Source: Mytilus trossulus
Taxonomy: Eukaryota
Length of the DNA: 64,000 bases
Direction of reading: 5' to 3'
NCBI RefSeq assembly: GCF_036588685.1
Contig: NC_086381.1
Coordinates: forward strand, 24,614,001-24,678,000
Shown here: positions 59,608 through 64,000 of the stretch, in pieces
Layout of the letters: each line of letters opens with the position of its first letter
Position numbering within the stretch: the stretch's first letter is position 1
Translations under genes and position numbers: made by a program
Notes under the pieces: model-generated
Database searches by the model: none
The model's input: the letters and a program-made list of their open reading frames with translations, nothing else
Told to the model about the DNA's origin: nothing

Positions 59608-61256
59608 GACTCCCTGTTAACATTTAGTGAGGGTGACCTTGACCTGTTTCTTTATCTTTGTGGCGATCTACTCTTTGGTTTTTCACATTGTGCAATAAAA
59701 TGCCCTTCTTCGCCACAGTTAAAGCATTTATTATCTCTTATAGGACTTCTTCCTGGACTTGATAATCTTTGTGATTGTCCAAATTTAATGGTTGAATTAC
59801 CTCTTTTCAAGATGTCCAGTATCTGTTTGATGCTTGTCTTTGTGTCCTGAACATCTTCTTCTGTCTTTTTAAGTCTCGACTCAAATCTGCTAATTACATC
59901 AGTATCACTTGCTCCTTTTCTGTACAAAGCTCTTACACTTGTTGTAGATTCCTGATCCCCGTGTGAGTCATACATGTCCGTTTCTGTTTCGTGGAATATC
60001 ACCCTTTTAACCTCAGGCTTTTTATTTCATAAAATAACTTTTTGATTGGTAACAGCACTCTTCACATATTTAAGGGCTTTGTCCAAACTATCAGGATCCT
60101 TATCCATTGCTGTTAAAGCTGCCTTTTTGTCCATGCATCCTTTCAGAAAAGCATTAGTGGCAACTATCTGAATAAAATCATCAGGTGTTCCTGGAAACCC
60201 ATCAGTTGCAAGATCCTGTGTTCTCTCTGCACACTCATCAAGAGGTTCCTCTGGCAATTGACGAAGGTCTTGTAGTTGTCTCCTTATAACATGAAGTAAG
60301 TCCTTTCTTCCAAATCTGTCCTCCATTTTTTTTACAAACAGCTTGGTATCCTTCCTAGACTGACTTTGGCATTGTGGTAAAAAACTTAAGTGCTCTGTCT
60401 CTCAAACATTCAATGAGCTTGTCCAGTCTGTCTTGATTCGTCCAGTTATATCTATTGGCAATATGATTGAATTGAACAAGGTACGGCCGCCAGTCACTTC
60501 TACCATCATAGGTGCTAATTTTAGGTGGCAACGGACCATCTTGTCGTTTACTGCCCTGTCCGGTGTGTGTTTTGGTTTTCCAACTAGGTTCATCTTTAGT
60601 TTCTGCTATTTGCATGCTGGGCTTCTCTTTTGATAATGACCATTTTTCAATCATCTCGTGTAACTTCGTTTTATTATCTGTCTCCGTTTTCATAGTCATC
60701 TGTATTTTTCTCATCTGTTCGTCTCGTTCTTCTATAGATTGATTTAATTTCAGCTCTCTTTCGCTAAATTTGTTAATCAATTCTTCCATTTCTTCCTTAT
60801 GTCTCTTGCCAAGGTTATCATACTGTTGTTCGTAATCATGTTCTCTGTTTTTCATCTTCACTGTGAAATCCTGGTTTACAGCTGCAATCCTGTTTTCCTA
60901 ATCTGCTTTCATTAGTGCTTTGTCTTTCTCTGCATTTGAAAAGTATGTTTTTAATTTTTCATTCATTGCTGCCATCTTCTTTATTTCTTTGGCATTTTTT
61001 TCTGCTTTCCCCGTAACATTTTTTGGATACCTTCTTGGATTTCTTCGGATGGTTCCAATATTATAACCCCAGTCTTCATCAGTGGATCCCACATGGTGTT
61101 AGGAATATCCGTCATAAGTTTAAGGTCTTCCAAAATAAGAGGGGAGCCTTTCTCTTCTCTTTTGTTAATAATCTTTTGTGCTCTTCTGTCACTTATTCCT
61201 GTTATCTGTTTAAGTTGTTCCAATGAAGCTGTGTTTATTTTGATAGGTTGTGACAT
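59580..61256 (-). pseudogene. gag: Gypsy gag with N-terminal helix-hairpin-helix domain, coiled coil, capsid-like region and CCHC knuckle; disrupted
   Basis: MSQPIKINTASLEQLKQITGISDRRAQKII (HhH); YDGRSDWRPYLVQF; AFLKG; CFNCGEEGHFIAQC; ends SLNSNGLKQ*. Confidence 0.9.
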
Positions 61257-61960
61257 GATTACCAAATTAAAGTTTAGTAATCAAAATCTAATAAACTTTT
61301 ATAAAAAAAAAAATAATCTATGTATATTACTACTTGTATAGGAATTGAATAATGTCAGGATGAATAACAAAAGTAATATGTACGCACAGGTTATTATAAT
61401 ACAGACACAAGCACTATCACAAAACAAAAAGCTTATTTGTATTTAATCACAAGCTTAAAAAACACTACACCATAAACAATATTTTTTTTTAAAAATCACA
61501 AACACTTTTACATACAATCACAACTATAGAAAATTTGGTATATTAATCTTATTCTGATTTGCCAATGAAAACACAAGTATAGAAAAAAACAAAACTCAAT
61601 CTGAAAACACCTATGACATCAGAGGATCTGACGCGCAAAGCTGTTTCAGAAATTAACTTATTTTAATAAACCTGTTTATATTTTCATCTAAGTTAAAGGA
61701 CATAAATATTTAAAACTTTATATGCATAAGTGTAAATAAATATATGAGTGACACAATCAAATATGTTTATATTTGTCTTTCTTTTTAATATCAAACATAC
61801 TTACAACTTCTTGTCCAATCAAATTGCTTGAATTTGCCTTCTAATTTTCATAGTAAATATTTTTCCCGTGTACTAAATACCTACGCATGAATGACCACAA
61901 GGATAAGATTTCATTGTATTGTAATCAAGATATTCGAACAAAAATTCCTACTGGCTATTA

Positions 61961-63067
61961 AAAAATGTGTGGCGTGACCTGCCAAACCAACCAAGATGGC
62001 CGCCATGGCTAAAAATAGAACATAGGGGTAAAATGCAGTTTTTGGCTTTTAACTCAAAAACCAAAGCATTAAGAGCAAATCTGACAAGGAGTTAAATTGT
62101 TTATCAGGTGAACATCTATCTGCCCTGAAATTTTCAGATGAATCAGACAACCCCTTGTTTGGTGGCTGCCCCTGAATTGGTAATTTTAGGGAAATTTTGC
62201 TGTTTTTTGTTATTATCTTGAATATTATTATAGATAGAGATAAACTAGAAACAGCAATAATGTTCAGCAAAGTAAGATTTACAAATAAGTCAACATGACC
62301 AAAATGGTCAGTTGACCCCTTTAGGAGTTATTGCCCTTTATAGTCAATTTTTACCATTTTTCGTAAATTTTATATATCTTTTACAAAAATCTTCTTCTCT
62401 GAAACTACTGGGCCAAATTAATCCAAACTTGGCTACAATCATCTTTCGGGTATCTAATTTAAAAAATGTGTGGCGTGACCCGCCAGAATAACCAAGATGG
62501 CCGCCATGGCTAAAAATAGAACATAGGGGTGAAATGCAGCTTTTGGCATATAACTCAAAAACCAAAGCATTTAGAGCACTTCTGACAAGCAGTTAAATTG
62601 TTTATCAGGTCAACTATCTCCCCTGAAATTTTCAGAGGAATCAGAGAACCTGTTGTTGGGTTGCTGTCCCTGAATTGGTAATTTTAAGGAAATTTTACTG
62701 TTTTTGGTTATTATCTTGAATATTATTATAGATAGAGATAAACTGTAAACAGCAATATTGATCAGCAAAGGAAGATTTACAAATAAGTCAACATGACCAA
62801 AATGGAGTTATTTCCCTTTATAGTCAATTTTAAACAATTTTCATAAAATTTGTTAATTTTTACTACGGGTAACATTTTCCACAGAAACTACTGGGCCAAG
62901 TTCATTATAGATAGTGATAATTGTAAGCAGCAAGAATGTTCAGTAAAGTAAGATGTACAAACATATCACCATCGACAAAACACAATTTTGTCATGATTCC
63001 ATCTGCTTCCTTTGTTTAATATTCACATAGACCAAGGTGAGCGACACAGGCTCTTTAGAGCCTCTAG
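61961..63067 (+). mobile_element. 5'-truncated Helentron-associated (HINE-type) element with ~501-bp tandem units
   Basis: Unit starts at 61961 and 62462 (aaaaatgtgtggcgtgacc..ccaagatggccgccatggc). The 3' end is aggtgagcg, then hairpin aggctc-ttta-gagcct, then ctag and a T run. Confidence 0.8.
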
Positions 63068-64000
63068 TTTTGTAATAAATTTAAAACATATTTTATTCTG
63101 TTATATCTGATAATATGTATCAGGTATTTGAGATTTTTCATTTGATGTGTACTGGTACTCTCTGGTAATGTCAGTATCAACATGATTAGTTGATTGGTTG
63201 TGATAAAAAAAAAAATTGGGCAGTTGTCATGTGCAGGTACACCACATGCGGATCTTCTTTCTCTCTCATTTATTAAATTGTGCATGATATTTATCACAGA
63301 AACGCACCAGTATTTTGGTGAATGAAACACTTGTCATATTAAATTAAAGTCAGAGGTTGAGTTAGAGGGTTTTTCTGGGGGCCTGGGCCACCCATTTTGT
63401 AGGATAAAAATTTGTTGTTTTTATAGGGAATCACTGAGGCATGACTGGAGTTGGCCCCTTCTTAGGCAGTCAGTGGGTTCTGATTATGAAAATTTCTGGA
63501 TCCACCACTGAAAGTTTGAGTGCAGTTAGATAACAATTTAATTTATGACAAATAATGTTAAAATTTACACAGATAATGAATGAAAAATCTAGTAAATTAA
63601 AAAATAGGCACTACATGTATTATTAAAAGCTTTCCTTGCTTATTCACATATATACATATAATATCCTTCATGCTATTCTGATCTGAGTTTTTATTCATAC
63701 ATACATGTAATCTGGTGCTGTTCCAAGTAGTCTTCTTTTTTCTGTTTCTTGAGAAGTATTTGTTTTACCTGTTTAGTCACTGTAAAGTGTTACAATTCAT
63801 ATTTAAATGCAACACATAAATAGTGACCAAAAAGGTACGGCTATCACATGAGAATCTAGAAAAAAGTAAAATGTATAAATTTTAAACATTTTTGTGGGAT
63901 TATAGATAGACCATAGAACAAATAAGCAAACAAATTCAAAGGAGGTGTACATGTAAGATGAATTATGAAAAAAAGAGCCATGGCCAGGGGCCCTAAGGTT

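Larger units (their letters stand above)
53300..61640 (-). mobile_element. Decayed Ty3/Gypsy retrotransposon with HhH-Gag and accessory ZnF-TatD ORF; LTRs not identified, boundaries approximate
   Basis: Domain order Gag(CCHC)-PR-RT-RNaseH-IN on the minus strand, followed in the same orientation by the TatD ORF. Confidence 0.9.

Noticed and set aside
53760-61256. Bacterial contamination suggested by TatD and ComEA-like domains
   Set aside because: Both domains are embedded in a eukaryotic Gypsy element with the same base composition, flanked by host repeats.
56684-61341. Plus-strand ORFs over the Gypsy element
   Set aside because: Antisense shadows of gag/pol codon structure with no recognisable domains.

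Overview
AT-rich eukaryotic genomic DNA with GT-AG introns. The repeat families suggest a bivalve, probably Mytilus-like (inference). Host genes: (1) an intronless DUF268-family, methyltransferase-like gene at 1630-2679 (+); (2) a complete 30-coding-exon long-form ABCC1/MRP1-like transporter at 9507-45532 (+), about 1524 aa as reconstructed from splice sites and reading phase. The rest is a dense transposon landscape: a Helitron, Helentron/HINE-type elements, a Kolobok-type element (TTAA TSD), a Sola-like element (ATAT TSD), a Transib/RAG-like fold-back element (455-bp TIRs starting CACCGTG, 5-bp TSD), Penelope-like RT relics, minimal type I hammerhead ribozymes, and minisatellites. The most unusual structure is a decayed Ty3/Gypsy retrotransposon at ~53.3-61.6 kb (minus strand). 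Its Gag begins with a helix-hairpin-helix (ComEA-like) domain, and gag and pol are joined by an in-phase T_TTA_AAC -1 frameshift site. In the env position, behind a splice acceptor, it carries a C2H2-zinc-finger + TatD nuclease ORF. A small RNA hairpin with a compensatory base change occurs three times in it. No LTR pair was found in the window. All calls were made by eye, with no database searches.
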